Sequence record: MZ291552.2
DNA: 64,000 bases
Strand: one strand, 5' to 3'
Source of the DNA: Escherichia phage vB_EcoM-UFV09
Below the pieces are notes generated by a model. The model had not been told where the DNA came from. It made no database searches and was given only the letters and a program-made list of their open reading frames with translations. Made by a program: the position numbers and the translations under genes. This document shows, piece after piece, positions 10,139-21,154 of this stretch (positions are counted from its first letter, which is position 1; each line of letters begins with the position of its first letter).

Positions 10139-10891
10139 ATGGCAAACATTATTCGTTGTAAATTACCAGATGGTGTTCATCGTTTTAAACCATTTACGGT
10201 AGAAGATTATCGAGATTTTTTGTTAGTTCGAAACGATATAGAACATCGGTCACCACAAGAACAAAAAGAAGTAATTGCTGATTTAATTGCTGATTATTTT
10301 GGAGACTATCCAAAGACTTGGCAACCATTTATATTTTTGCAGGTATTTGTAGGTTCAATAGGTAAAACTAAAGTACCAGTCACATTTGTATGTCCAAAAT
10401 GTAAAAAAGAAAAGACAGTTCCATTTGAAATATATCAAAAAGAATTAAAGGAACCTATTTTTGATGTAGCTAATGTTAAAATTAAATTAAATTTTCCTTC
10501 TGAGTTTTATGAAAATAAAGCAAAGATGATTACTGAAAATATTCATTCTGTTCAAGTAGATGAAATGTGGTATGATTGGAAGGAAATTAGTGAATCAAGT
10601 CAAATAGAACTTGTTGACGCCATCGAGATAGAAACATTAGAAAAAATTCTCGATGCAATGAATCCTATTAATTTAACATTGCACATGTCGTGTTGCGATA
10701 AGTACATTAAAAAATACACTGATATAGTAGATGTGTTTAAGCTATTAGTTAATCCAGATGAGATATTTACTTTTTATCAAATCAATCACACGCTTGTAAA
10801 AAGTAATTATAGCTTAAATTCAATAATGAAAATGATTCCTGCCGAGCGCGGATTCGTATTAAAACTGATTGAGAAGGATAAACATCAATGA
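10139..10891 (+). CDS. 51: Baseplate hub assembly protein gp51
   Basis: 250-aa ORF at the T4 gene 51 position. Confidence 0.9.
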   Translation: MANIIRCKLPDGVHRFKPFTVEDYRDFLLVRNDIEHRSPQEQKEVIADLIADYFGDYPKTWQPFIFLQVFVGSIGKTKVPVTFVCPKCKKEKTVPFEIYQKELKEPIFDVANVKIKLNFPSEFYENKAKMITENIHSVQVDEMWYDWKEISESSQIELVDAIEIETLEKILDAMNPINLTLHMSCCDKYIKKYTDIVDVFKLLVNPDEIFTFYQINHTLVKSNYSLNSIMKMIPAERGFVLKLIEKDKHQ

Positions 10892-12060
10892 GTATGTTAC
10901 AACGTCCTGGATATCCAAATCTCAGCGTTAAATTATTTGAGAGTTATGACGCTTGGAGTAATAATAGATTTGTTGAATTAGCTGCTACTATTACCACATT
11001 AACTATGCGTGACTCTCTTTATGGTCGAAATGAAGGAATGCTGCAGTTTTATGATTCTAAAAACATCCATACAAAAATGGATGGAAATGAAATAATTCAG
11101 ATTTCTGTAGCTAATGCAAACGATATTAATAATGTTAAAACACGAATTTATGGATGCAAGCATTTTTCCGTGTCAGTAGATTCAAAAGGCGATAACATCA
11201 TTGCTATTGAATTGGGAACTATTCATTCTATAGAAAATCTTAAATTTGGTAGACCATTTTTCCCTGATGCCGGTGAATCTATAAAGGAAATGCTTGGCGT
11301 AATTTATCAAGATCGTACATTATTAACTCCAGCGATAAATGCTATTAATGCTTATGTTCCTGATATTCCATGGACTAGCACATTTGAAAACTATTTGTCA
11401 TATGTAAGAGAAGTTGCTCTAGCGGTAGGAAGCGATAAGTTCGTGTTTGTATGGCAAGACATCATGGGAGTTAACATGATGGACTATGATATGATGATAA
11501 ATCAAGAACCATATCCAATGATTGTCGGTGAGCCAACTTTAATAGGTCAATTCGTCCAAGAATTGAAATATCCATTAGCATATGATTTTGTTTGGTTGAC
11601 TAAATCAAACCCGCATAAACGCGATCCAATGAAAAATGCTACTATCTATGCTCATTCATTTTTAGATTCTTCATTACCAATGATTACTACAGGAAAGGGT
11701 GAAAACTCTATTGTAGTGTCAAGGTCAGGTGCTTATTCTGAAATGACTTATAGAAATGGATATGAAGAAGCTATTCGTCTTCAGACTATGGCGCAGTATG
11801 ATGGTTACGCTAAATGTTCTACTGTCGGTAATTTTAACTTGACTCCTGGCGTTAAAATTATTTTTAATGATAGTAAAAACCAATTTAAAACAGAATTTTA
11901 CGTTGATGAAGTTATTCACGAATTATCAAATAATAATTCCGTAACTCATCTTTATATGTTCACTAATGCAACGAAACTGGAAACAATCGACCCAGTTAAG
12001 GTTAAAAATGAATTTAAAACTGATACTACCACTGAAGAAAGTAGTTCTTCCGATAAGTAA
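10888..12060 (+). CDS. 27: Baseplate hub protein gp27
   Basis: 390-aa ORF; T4 gp27 size and order. Confidence 0.95.
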   Translation: MSMLQRPGYPNLSVKLFESYDAWSNNRFVELAATITTLTMRDSLYGRNEGMLQFYDSKNIHTKMDGNEIIQISVANANDINNVKTRIYGCKHFSVSVDSKGDNIIAIELGTIHSIENLKFGRPFFPDAGESIKEMLGVIYQDRTLLTPAINAINAYVPDIPWTSTFENYLSYVREVALAVGSDKFVFVWQDIMGVNMMDYDMMINQEPYPMIVGEPTLIGQFVQELKYPLAYDFVWLTKSNPHKRDPMKNATIYAHSFLDSSLPMITTGKGENSIVVSRSGAYSEMTYRNGYEEAIRLQTMAQYDGYAKCSTVGNFNLTPGVKIIFNDSKNQFKTEFYVDEVIHELSNNNSVTHLYMFTNATKLETIDPVKVKNEFKTDTTTEESSSSDK

Positions 12061-12541
12061 TAAAGAAGTTTCTATTCCTAAGATGGGTCTTAAACATTAT
12101 AACATTTTAAAAGATGTTAAAGGTCCTGATGAAAATTTAAAGCTTCTTATTGATTCTATTTGTCCAAATTTATCACCGGCAGAAGTTGATTTCGTTTCTA
12201 TTCATTTGCTAGAATTTAATGGAAAGATTAAATCTCGTAAAGAAATAGATGGTTATACTTATGATATTAATGACGTTTATGTATGTCAAAGATTGGAATT
12301 TCAATACCAAGGAAATACATTTTATTTTAGACCTCCTGGAAAATTTGAACAATTTTTAACTGTAAGCGATATGTTATCCAAATGCTTGCTTAAGGTCAAT
12401 GATGAAGTTAAAGAAATTAATTTTCTTGAGATGCCAGCATTTGTTTTAAAATGGGCAAATGATATTTCTACAACTTTAGCAATTCCTGGCCCTAATGGTC
12501 CAATAACCGGAATTGGCAATATTATTGGATTATTTGAATGA
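12008..12541 (+). CDS. 28: Baseplate hub distal subunit gp28
   Basis: Internal ATG with AAGG Shine-Dalgarno gives 177 aa (the T4 gp28 size I recall); track ORF 11966..12541 starts further upstream. Confidence 0.8.
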   Translation: MNLKLILPLKKVVLPISNKEVSIPKMGLKHYNILKDVKGPDENLKLLIDSICPNLSPAEVDFVSIHLLEFNGKIKSRKEIDGYTYDINDVYVCQRLEFQYQGNTFYFRPPGKFEQFLTVSDMLSKCLLKVNDEVKEINFLEMPAFVLKWANDISTTLAIPGPNGPITGIGNIIGLFE

Positions 12542-14310
12542 AAAAGCCACAAGAAATGCAAACGATGCGTAGAAAAGTTATTTCAGATAATAAACCAACA
12601 CAGGAAGCGGCTAAATCCGCTTCTAATACTTTATCTGGTCTTAATGACATTTCTACAAAATTAGATGATGCTCAAGCTGCCTCTGAATTAATAGCTCAAA
12701 CTGTCGAAGAAAAATCGAATGAAATAGTTGGAGCAATTGATAACGTTGAAAGCGCAGTAAGTGATACTACTGCCGGTTCTGAGTTAATTGCTGAAACTGT
12801 TGAAATTGGCAACAATATTAATAAAGAAATCGGTGAATCGCTCGGAAGCAAATTAGATAAATTAACAAGTTTACTGGAACAAAAAATTCAGACAGCTGGA
12901 ATTCAGCAAACTGGAACGAGTTTAGCAGTAGTCGAAAATGCTATTCCTGTTAAAGTCGTCGAGGATGATACAGCTGAATCTGTGGGTCCTTTATTACCGG
13001 CTCCTGAAGCAGTTAATAATGATCCTGATGCTGATTTTTTCCCTACTCCTCAGCCAATTGAACAAAAACAAGAGTCTCCAGAAGAGAAGCAAAAAAGAGA
13101 CGCATTTAACTTAAAAATATCTAATGCATTAGATAAATTAACAAAGACAGTTGATTTCGGATTTAAGAAATCTATTTCAATTACTGATAAAATATCTAGT
13201 ATGCTATTTAAGTATACCGTCAGTGCTGCTATTGAAGCTGCTAAAATGGTTGCATTGATAATGGCTGTTGTTATTGGAATAGACCTGCTGATGGTTCATT
13301 TTAAATACTGGTCAGATAAATTTTCAAAAGCCTGGGATTTATTTGGTACTGATTTTACTAAATTCTCTAGCGAAACCGGAACATGGGGTCCTTTATTACA
13401 GAGCATCTTTGATTCTATTGATAAAATTAAACAACTTTGGGAAGCTGGAGATTGGGGCGGATTAACAGTAGCTATTGTTGAAGGGCTTGGAAGTGTTCTT
13501 TATAATTTAGGAGAGCTTATTCAATTAGGTATGGCTAAATTATCTGCAGCAATTCTTCGAGTCATTCCTGGCATGAAGGATACTGCTGATGAAGTAGAAG
13601 GAAGAGCATTAGAAAATTTCCAAAATTCTACTGGAGCATCTCTTAATAAAGAAGACCAAGAAAAAGTAGCAAATTATCAAGATAAACGAATGAATGACGA
13701 TCTTGGCCCAATAGCAAAAGGATTAGACAAAATTGCGAACTGGAAAACTCGTGCATCTAACTGGATTCGTGGTGTAGATAATAAAGAAGCATTGACTACT
13801 GACGAAGAACGTGCAGCAGAAGAAGAAAAATTAAAACAACTTTCACCGGAAGAAAGAAAAAATGCTTTAATGAAAGCTAATGAAGCTCGTGCTGCGATGA
13901 TTCGTTTTGAAAAATACGCTGATTCAGCTGATATGAGCAAAGACTCGACAGTTAAATCAATTGAAGCTGCTCATGAAGACCTTAAAAAACGAATGAATGA
14001 TCCGGATTTAAATAATTCACCAGCGGTTAAAAAAGAACTTGCTTCTAGATTTGCTAAAATTGATGCCACTTATCAAGAGCTCAAGAAAAATCAACCTGAA
14101 GCAAAACCTGAAACTTCTGCTAAATCACCAGAAGCAAAACAGGTCCAGGTGATTGAAAAGAACAAAGCACAACAAGCTCCTGTTCAACAAGCATCTCCTT
14201 CAATCAATAATACTAATAATGTTATTAAGAAAAATACTGTCGTTCATAACATGACACCTGTCACAAGCACAACTGCTCCTGGTGTATTTGGCGCGACGGG
14301 AGTTAATTAA
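12538..14310 (+). CDS. 29: Baseplate hub protein / tail length determinant gp29
   Basis: 590-aa ORF at the T4 gene 29 position. Confidence 0.95.
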   Translation: MKKPQEMQTMRRKVISDNKPTQEAAKSASNTLSGLNDISTKLDDAQAASELIAQTVEEKSNEIVGAIDNVESAVSDTTAGSELIAETVEIGNNINKEIGESLGSKLDKLTSLLEQKIQTAGIQQTGTSLAVVENAIPVKVVEDDTAESVGPLLPAPEAVNNDPDADFFPTPQPIEQKQESPEEKQKRDAFNLKISNALDKLTKTVDFGFKKSISITDKISSMLFKYTVSAAIEAAKMVALIMAVVIGIDLLMVHFKYWSDKFSKAWDLFGTDFTKFSSETGTWGPLLQSIFDSIDKIKQLWEAGDWGGLTVAIVEGLGSVLYNLGELIQLGMAKLSAAILRVIPGMKDTADEVEGRALENFQNSTGASLNKEDQEKVANYQDKRMNDDLGPIAKGLDKIANWKTRASNWIRGVDNKEALTTDEERAAEEEKLKQLSPEERKNALMKANEARAAMIRFEKYADSADMSKDSTVKSIEAAHEDLKKRMNDPDLNNSPAVKKELASRFAKIDATYQELKKNQPEAKPETSAKSPEAKQVQVIEKNKAQQAPVQQASPSINNTNNVIKKNTVVHNMTPVTSTTAPGVFGATGVN

Positions 14311-14318
14311 GGAATAAT

Positions 14319-15413
14319 ATGGCAATTGTTAAAGAAATAACTGCTGATTTAATTAAAAAGTCCGGTGAAACAATTTCAGCCGGACAGAGTACTAAATCAG
14401 AAGTAGGAACTAAAACATACACAGCCCAGTTTCCAACTGGGCGTGCTAGTGGTAATGACACTACAGGGGACTTCCAGGTAACAGATCTATATAAGAATGG
14501 ATTATTATTTACTGCATACAATATGTCATCTAGGGATTCTGGAAGTCTTAGAACGATGAGATCTAACTACTCTTCTTCATCTTCGAGTATTTTACGTACA
14601 GCCAGAAACACTATCAGTAATACAGTATCAAAACTATCAAATGGACTAATATCAGATAATAATTCAGGAACAATAAGTAAAGTTCCTGTTGCAAATATTC
14701 TTTTACCTAGATCTAAATCTGACGTCGATACGTCATCACATAGATTTAATGATGTTCAAGATAGTCTTATTACAAAAGGCGGAGGTACTGCTACTGGTGT
14801 GCTAAGCAATATGGCTTCAACCGCAGTATTTGGAGCGTTGGAAAGTATAACACAAGGTATAATGGCTGATAATAATGAACAGATCTATACAACAGCCAGA
14901 AGCATGTACGGCGGTGCTGAAAATAGAACAAAAGTGTTCACTTGGGATTTGACTCCACGCTCAACAGAAGATTTAATGGCTATTATTAATATCTATCAGT
15001 ATTTTAACTATTTTTCTTACGGTGAAACTGGTAAATCTCAATATGCTGCTGAAATAAAAGGATATTTAGATGAGTGGTATCGTTCTACATTTATTGAACC
15101 ATTAACGCCAGAAGACGCGATTAAAAACAAGACGTTATTTGAAAAAATGACATCGAGTTTAACGAACGTTCTTGTAGTTTCAAACCCGACAATTTGGATG
15201 GTGAAAAACTTTGGTGCAACTTCTAAATTTGATGGAAAGACTGAAGTATTCGGTCCATGCCAAATACAGAGTATTAGATTTGATAAAACACCAAATGGTA
15301 ACTTTAATGGATTAGCTATTGCTCCTAACCTTCCAAGTTCTTTTACACTCGAGATTACTATGAGAGAGATTATTACGTTAAACCGTGCTTCTTTATATAC
15401 GGGGACTTTCTAA
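14319..15413 (+). CDS. 48: Baseplate tail-tube junction protein gp48
   Basis: 364-aa ORF at the T4 gene 48 position. Confidence 0.95.
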   Translation: MAIVKEITADLIKKSGETISAGQSTKSEVGTKTYTAQFPTGRASGNDTTGDFQVTDLYKNGLLFTAYNMSSRDSGSLRTMRSNYSSSSSSILRTARNTISNTVSKLSNGLISDNNSGTISKVPVANILLPRSKSDVDTSSHRFNDVQDSLITKGGGTATGVLSNMASTAVFGALESITQGIMADNNEQIYTTARSMYGGAENRTKVFTWDLTPRSTEDLMAIINIYQYFNYFSYGETGKSQYAAEIKGYLDEWYRSTFIEPLTPEDAIKNKTLFEKMTSSLTNVLVVSNPTIWMVKNFGATSKFDGKTEVFGPCQIQSIRFDKTPNGNFNGLAIAPNLPSSFTLEITMREIITLNRASLYTGTF

Positions 15414-16378
15414 TGTATTCTTTAGAGGAATTTAATAATCAAGCAATAAACGCAGACTTCCAACGTAATAATATGTTCAGCTGTGTTTTTGCTACAACTC
15501 CATCAACTAAAAGCTCATCGTTAATAAGCTCAATTAGTAACTTTGCTTATAATAACTTGGGTCTAAATTCAGATTGGTTGGGATTAACTCAAGGTGATAT
15601 TAATCAGGGAATTACCACGCTAATTACTGCTGGCACACAAAAACTAATAAGAAAATCGGGAGTCAGTAAATATCTTATTGGCGCTATGAGTCAGCGTACT
15701 GTTCAGAGTTTATTAGGCTCATTTACAGTTGGTACATATTTAATTGACTTCTTTAACATGGCATATAACTCATCTGGATTGATGATATACTCTGTAAAAA
15801 TGCCAGAGAATAGATTATCCTATGAAACTGACTGGAACTATAATTCTCCTAATATTCGTATAACTGGAAGAGAATTAGACCCTTTGGTTATTTCATTCAG
15901 AATGGATTCAGAAGCTTGTAACTATCGTGCAATGCAAGACTGGGTTAACGCTGTTCAAGACCCAGTAACTGGATTGCGTGCTTTGCCGCAAGATGTCGAG
16001 GCAGATATTCAGGTTAATCTTCATTCTCGCAATGGATTACCTCATACTGCGGTGATGTTCACTGGATGCATTCCAATATCAGTGAGCGCTCCTGAGTTAT
16101 CATATGATGGAGATAACCAAATAACTACATTTGACGTTACTTTTGCGTATAGAGTGATGCAGGCTGGAGCAGTTGATAGACAAGCTGCCCTTGAATGGCT
16201 TGAATCTGCTACTATAAATGGTATTCAAAGCGTTCTCGGAAATAGTGGAGGTGTTACTGGACTATCTAATTCGCTTTCACGACTTAGTAGATTAGGGGGA
16301 ACTGCAGGAAGCATTTCAAATATTAATACTATGACAGGAATTGTCAATTCGCAAAGTAAAATATTAGGAGCAATATAA
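15413..16378 (+). CDS. 54: Baseplate tail-tube initiator gp54
   Basis: 321-aa ORF at the T4 gene 54 position. Confidence 0.95.
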   Translation: MYSLEEFNNQAINADFQRNNMFSCVFATTPSTKSSSLISSISNFAYNNLGLNSDWLGLTQGDINQGITTLITAGTQKLIRKSGVSKYLIGAMSQRTVQSLLGSFTVGTYLIDFFNMAYNSSGLMIYSVKMPENRLSYETDWNYNSPNIRITGRELDPLVISFRMDSEACNYRAMQDWVNAVQDPVTGLRALPQDVEADIQVNLHSRNGLPHTAVMFTGCIPISVSAPELSYDGDNQITTFDVTFAYRVMQAGAVDRQAALEWLESATINGIQSVLGNSGGVTGLSNSLSRLSRLGGTAGSISNINTMTGIVNSQSKILGAI

Positions 16379-16383
16379 CAATG

Positions 16384-16409
16384 GGGACCGAAAGGTCCCC
16401 ATATTTTTA
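16384..16409. terminator. Bidirectional hairpin (GAAA tetraloop) between gene 54 and the minus-strand early cluster
   Basis: ggggacc-gaaa-ggtcccc followed by atatttttattt. Confidence 0.5.
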
Positions 16410-16697
16410 TTTACGGAATGAAATAAAAGCAGCAACTGAAGCAACAGAGGTTTCTTCAATATAAACCTCAATTTTTACCGGAGCTTCTGACTCAAATTTA
16501 CCTGTTACTACACCTTGGAAAATACTTTCAGTCTGTTCTGGCTTTGAAAAATTTTCAGAAGGAAAAATTCCAAACTTTTTATCGGTTCCGAAAATTTTAA
16601 TAAATTCATCATAAACTGCTTCATTGAAAGCGTTATCAGCGGGAATAACGCCTTCAACGACGAGTTCTTGACCTAAAAAGCGCAAAGAAGATTTCAT
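16407..16697 (-). CDS. Hypothetical early protein (96 aa)
   Basis: ORF with GAGGA Shine-Dalgarno directly downstream of an early promoter. Confidence 0.7.
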   Translation of the reverse strand: MKSSLRFLGQELVVEGVIPADNAFNEAVYDEFIKIFGTDKKFGIFPSENFSKPEQTESIFQGVVTGKFESEAPVKIEVYIEETSVASVAAFISFRK

Positions 16698-16704
16698 TTT
16701 GTGT

Positions 16705-16758
16705 TCCTCATGTTATGTCAGTAAGATTATTATAACACAACACGAGGGACTTGTAAAC
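16705..16758 (-). promoter_or_regulatory. Early promoter plus leader cassette, copy 1
   Basis: Minus strand GTTTAC-N18-TATAAT then leader with GAGGA; identical over 54 bp to 32013..32066. Confidence 0.6.
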
Positions 16759-18815
16759 TACATTTTGAACTTTTTAGACATTCCGTTGATGTTAACCAAA
16801 GAAGCTAAGATTTGAGAAACTTCGTTTTCCTCTTCTTTTGATTCTTCTACAAGGAATTGATTAAATCCAGCCATTGGACGAACTTCACCAGTTTCCATCA
16901 GATGGTCGCCATCATATACTGATTCTTCTAATTGTTCAGAAGGAGGAACGATTGTACCTTCGATTAGATACTTGTTATAAGCAGTTTCTTTCATCATGTA
17001 CGTACTTACTTTATTAATCTTCAGTAAAATTCCACGCGGCAAAATAACTTCAGCTTCGGATGGAAATCCTGATAAATGACCTGGAACGATAACTTTAACT
17101 CGTTCAGCTCCTTTAATTACCATACCTACATTAGTTTCAGCGTCTTCATTCGCATATGTAGAATGACTACCCATATGCATTAAATCTTCAGCATCAACTG
17201 AACCTTCTCCTTCACCAGAAAATACTGCTCCGGAATCATCTAAGGCCATATAATTTTTACCATATTCACCGAAGATATTTGGCTTGAGTGAAGTAGATAC
17301 AAAGTTCTTGAAATAGAACATTTTATTTTCTATATTATGACGTAAAGTTTTAAAGGTAACTTCTTGCCCACGATAAAGAGTAGTTCCTGGAGGAAGAACT
17401 GAACCTTTAGAAAATGCAGAATCCAGCGTCTCAATATGTTTAATAGCTCGTTCCATATATTCTTCACGGGTAGAATCAGGTTTACCTAGAAGGAACGAGT
17501 TCATTTCAACATATGAATCTGCGCAATAATCTTCAATTACATCAGACTCAGCCTGAGTTAATCCTTTTGGAGTTACTTCAGTGCTTGCATATTCATATGC
17601 CTGAGCAGCAGATTCATCAATTAATTTATAAATTCCATTCATTACAAATTGAATAATAGCTGTCTTTTCATCTGGTGTAGCTTTAGAACCTTTAACTAAA
17701 TCATTGACAATTTTCTTAATAACATCAAAGCTATTAGAAATATTAATGTCAGCAAGATCGCTTAAAATTTTATCAGTTTTATAATCAAAGAATTCTTTAT
17801 TCTTTAAATATTCTTGAGAACCTTGATATGTTATATCGCTCTGCAGCTTGATAGATGGATCGCGTAAACGTGCATGGGCCAATGCAATATGATTTCGGAA
17901 GCTTTCGAGTTCATAATCACTAGATTTAAAACGAGAAGCACTTCTCATACCACCGATAGCTCCTTTGCTAAAGTTTGAACCAACCTGAATAACGCCAGAG
18001 TTCATTGGTCCTTCTGCTTTATATACCGGAACTTTAGATTCAAACTCTTGATATTTCTTAGCAGCGAAGCTATCACCCTGAAGTGAAGCATCAACAGTAG
18101 AATATTGAGCTTGTGCTGCTAATCGACGACTAATTTTAGTTTTCTGAATAACAGCTTGATCCGTGCGCTTATCATTTTCTAAAGCAATAGAAGCAGCAAC
18201 AGCAACAGCTTTAGGAACAGCATTACCTGTTTTAACGTCTACATAAACATCACCAACCTTTGATTCAACTTTTGTGAATAACTCGGTTGAAATAGGAGGT
18301 ACACCTGGAATGTCTTCTAAATTGGCATTTTTACGGTAAACCATAATATATGCGTACTTTTTATCATAATCCCAGATTTCCTTTAAAAGAACATATCGAC
18401 CTGCTCCTTTAGTACGTACTAAACGGTCAGCAATAACTTGCATTTGCCGAGCAGCGCCATTTGTTTTACTTTTTAGTACGCGGAATAAGCATGCATCAAT
18501 TTTATACTGTTTCATTGTTTGAAGAGCAGTATCAAAAACAGCATTAATGACGCCAATTGGATTTCCACCCAAGTTTTTAAGCTTAACTAATGATAGTTTC
18601 TCATTAACGCCTATCATTACGATATGCATCATTTTGTCGCCTGGCTTAACGTTTTTATTCGTATCACCGCCAGAGGTGTATGTACAAAATCTAAATCCAG
18701 GAAGCACGCTTTCTTCACCTGCTTGAATAGCAAAAATTTGAGGTATTTTATGCTTAGGATTTAAGTTAACAACCGGCGCCGAAGCGCCGTCAAATAATTC
18801 TGTAATAAGTTCCAT
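16758..18815 (-). CDS. Alt-like ADP-ribosyltransferase paralogue (685 aa)
   Basis: Paralogous to the adjacent 697-aa ORF (shared MELITELFD N-terminus); YRGQ, FVSTS and EAEVILPRG motifs resemble an ART R-S-E triad. Confidence 0.8.
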   Translation of the reverse strand: MELITELFDGASAPVVNLNPKHKIPQIFAIQAGEESVLPGFRFCTYTSGGDTNKNVKPGDKMMHIVMIGVNEKLSLVKLKNLGGNPIGVINAVFDTALQTMKQYKIDACLFRVLKSKTNGAARQMQVIADRLVRTKGAGRYVLLKEIWDYDKKYAYIMVYRKNANLEDIPGVPPISTELFTKVESKVGDVYVDVKTGNAVPKAVAVAASIALENDKRTDQAVIQKTKISRRLAAQAQYSTVDASLQGDSFAAKKYQEFESKVPVYKAEGPMNSGVIQVGSNFSKGAIGGMRSASRFKSSDYELESFRNHIALAHARLRDPSIKLQSDITYQGSQEYLKNKEFFDYKTDKILSDLADINISNSFDVIKKIVNDLVKGSKATPDEKTAIIQFVMNGIYKLIDESAAQAYEYASTEVTPKGLTQAESDVIEDYCADSYVEMNSFLLGKPDSTREEYMERAIKHIETLDSAFSKGSVLPPGTTLYRGQEVTFKTLRHNIENKMFYFKNFVSTSLKPNIFGEYGKNYMALDDSGAVFSGEGEGSVDAEDLMHMGSHSTYANEDAETNVGMVIKGAERVKVIVPGHLSGFPSEAEVILPRGILLKINKVSTYMMKETAYNKYLIEGTIVPPSEQLEESVYDGDHLMETGEVRPMAGFNQFLVEESKEEENEVSQILASLVNINGMSKKFKM

Positions 18816-18818
18816 GAT

Positions 18819-20912
18819 TTATCCTTGAACGAACTTGTAAGGCATGTTTGTAATATCTATGCAAGACGCAATAATTCCAAGAGATGATTCTACTTTCTGT
18901 TTAATATTTGATGAAACAAATGATGCAAAGTCAACTCTGTCTTCTATTTCAATATCACCTGTCATTGCAACCAATTCACCAGTTTCCATTAAATGGTCTC
19001 CATCATAGATTACCGATTCGGTGAGCTCTTCCGTGGTCATAACTTCAGCTTGAATGAGTTTTGTATTATTAGATGTTGTTCCGTCATTATTAGAAGCATC
19101 GATTATTTTATTAACTTTGACCATCAATCCACGCGGTAGAATAACTTCAGCTTCTGTTGCTATTCCGAGACTTCCTGGATATACAACATTAACTTTATGA
19201 GCTCCATCAATTGCCCATCCTATTTGAACTTTAACATATTCAGGATTTTCTTTATACGCTCTTATTTCGTTTGGATTAATAGTTATTCCTTCTTCATTTT
19301 TATCAACTGTTAATTCATTGCGAGCTTCTGGTTCTAAAAGACCAATACCAGCATGTGTGATTCCAAAACGTCCAAAAATGATAGGAGTTAAAGAAGTAGA
19401 TACAAAATTTCTGAAGTAGAACACTTTATTTTTAACTAACGCTTCATATATAGGAGCAGTCATACTTTGAGCACGATAAACTGTAATGCCTTCTGGTATA
19501 CGGTCACCATTTTCAAAAGCTGAATCTAAGTTATTTATAGCAGATTCAATTTCTTTTTCACTCATTACATCGTATCGTTCTGGATTGTAACGACCTAAAA
19601 GAAGATTATTGATGTCAGTATATCCTGAACCGCAATATTCTCTAATGCCACGCTTTTGTGATGGAGTATATTTAGAACCATCGCGGGCAATAGTAATATC
19701 AATCATTGGACCAGCACCAATTCCAGAAAAACTGTAAATCATTCGTTTGAGGAATTTAGTTTTTGCTGCGTTCCAGGAATTTTTAGTTATTTCTTCCCAG
19801 ACTTCATCTGGTTGTCCTTTACGATTTTTATTATGATTAGCAAGCCATTTATCTTTATAATCTTCAAAGAATTGATTTACAGCTGCTGCGTATTTCTCTA
19901 AACATTTTATTGAAGTAGTTGGTTCATTTTTAATTGCATTAAAAATTACTTCTTTAATTTTTTCTGAAACTTCACCGACTTGACTCATTGGAAAGAATTT
20001 ATAATCATAGTGAAGTTCATCTGCCGTTCCTTCAGCAATAATTTTTGCTGCCTTTGTTTTAGAAGCTAATGAATTAATTCCAATTTTCATTTCTTCTGCT
20101 TCGGGAATTAAAGGTGCAGTAGCTGGTTTATTAAAATTAGCTGCTGTAGATTCATACTTCTGGAATAATTCACTTTCAAATCTAGAAGATTCCAATGACT
20201 GACTTTGTGCAATTGCTCTACGGGAAATTTTAACTTTAACGATTACAGCTTGGTCAGAACGTTTATCATTTTCTTGCGCAATAGATGCTGCAATTGCTTC
20301 ATTTTTAGTTACTTGAGCTCCAGTATCTTTATTGATATAAACATCACCGACCTTCGATTCAACTTTAGTAAAGAGTTCAGTGCTAATTTCTGGAACTCCT
20401 GGAATGTCTTCTAATGATACATTTTTGCGATGTATAAGAATATATGCATACTTTTTATCGTAATCCCAGAGTTCCTTAAGAAGGACGTATCTGCCACCTG
20501 AACGACTACGGATAAGTCTATCAGCAATAACTTGAATTTGTCGAGCTTGGCCAGCAGTTTTAGACTTAAGAATACGAAGCATGCAGGCATCAATTTTATA
20601 TTGACGCATCGTTTGCATTGCAACAGTAAAAACTGAATTGATATAATTAATTGGGCTTGGACCAAGACCTTTTAATTTAGCAATTGAGCCTTTAGCAGTT
20701 AATGTAAAAGGAACAATATGCATCATTTTATCGCCCATCTTTAAATCGCGATTAGTATCACCTCCAGATGTATAGGTACATAAACGAAAGCCTGGTTGTT
20801 CAATTGCATCATCAACATGAACTGAAAAAATTTGTGGTATTTTCTTCTTTGGATTTAAGTTTGTAATCGGAAGAGTAGTATCTTCGTCAAATAATTCTGT
20901 AATAAGTTCCAT
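18819..20912 (-). CDS. alt: Alt ADP-ribosyltransferase (virion-packaged, modifies host RNA polymerase)
   Basis: 697-aa ORF with YRAQ, FVSTS, EAEVILPRG motifs; late promoter upstream; T4 alt position between 54 and 30. Confidence 0.8.
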   Translation of the reverse strand: MELITELFDEDTTLPITNLNPKKKIPQIFSVHVDDAIEQPGFRLCTYTSGGDTNRDLKMGDKMMHIVPFTLTAKGSIAKLKGLGPSPINYINSVFTVAMQTMRQYKIDACMLRILKSKTAGQARQIQVIADRLIRSRSGGRYVLLKELWDYDKKYAYILIHRKNVSLEDIPGVPEISTELFTKVESKVGDVYINKDTGAQVTKNEAIAASIAQENDKRSDQAVIVKVKISRRAIAQSQSLESSRFESELFQKYESTAANFNKPATAPLIPEAEEMKIGINSLASKTKAAKIIAEGTADELHYDYKFFPMSQVGEVSEKIKEVIFNAIKNEPTTSIKCLEKYAAAVNQFFEDYKDKWLANHNKNRKGQPDEVWEEITKNSWNAAKTKFLKRMIYSFSGIGAGPMIDITIARDGSKYTPSQKRGIREYCGSGYTDINNLLLGRYNPERYDVMSEKEIESAINNLDSAFENGDRIPEGITVYRAQSMTAPIYEALVKNKVFYFRNFVSTSLTPIIFGRFGITHAGIGLLEPEARNELTVDKNEEGITINPNEIRAYKENPEYVKVQIGWAIDGAHKVNVVYPGSLGIATEAEVILPRGLMVKVNKIIDASNNDGTTSNNTKLIQAEVMTTEELTESVIYDGDHLMETGELVAMTGDIEIEDRVDFASFVSSNIKQKVESSLGIIASCIDITNMPYKFVQG

Positions 20913-20935
20913 GTTATCCTCTCTAGTGTTTATTC

Positions 20936-20943
20936 TATTTATA
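20936..20943 (-). promoter_or_regulatory. Late promoter for alt
   Basis: Minus strand TATAAATA about 21 nt upstream of the alt ATG, followed by GAGAGGA Shine-Dalgarno. Confidence 0.55.
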
Positions 20944-20968
20944 AAATTAAAGGCCCGAAGGCCTTTAA

Positions 20969-21154
20969 TTAATAGAGAGCTAAAAGAGTACGATATACTT
21001 CAAACTTTGGACCTTTTTCATATGGATCAAATCTTTCCGTGAATTCATCATATGCTAGTTTATCTGGGAATTCAAGAATAACCTGCGATACCGCAGTGGA
21101 AACATCTCCACCTTCTTTTTGAGCCACGACAATTGTTTCTAAGTAAGCTTTCAT
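20969..21154 (-). CDS. Hypothetical protein (61 aa) between gene 30 and alt
   Basis: ATG overlaps the gene 30 stop (ATGA coupling). Confidence 0.55.
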   Translation of the reverse strand: MKAYLETIVVAQKEGGDVSTAVSQVILEFPDKLAYDEFTERFDPYEKGPKFEVYRTLLALY

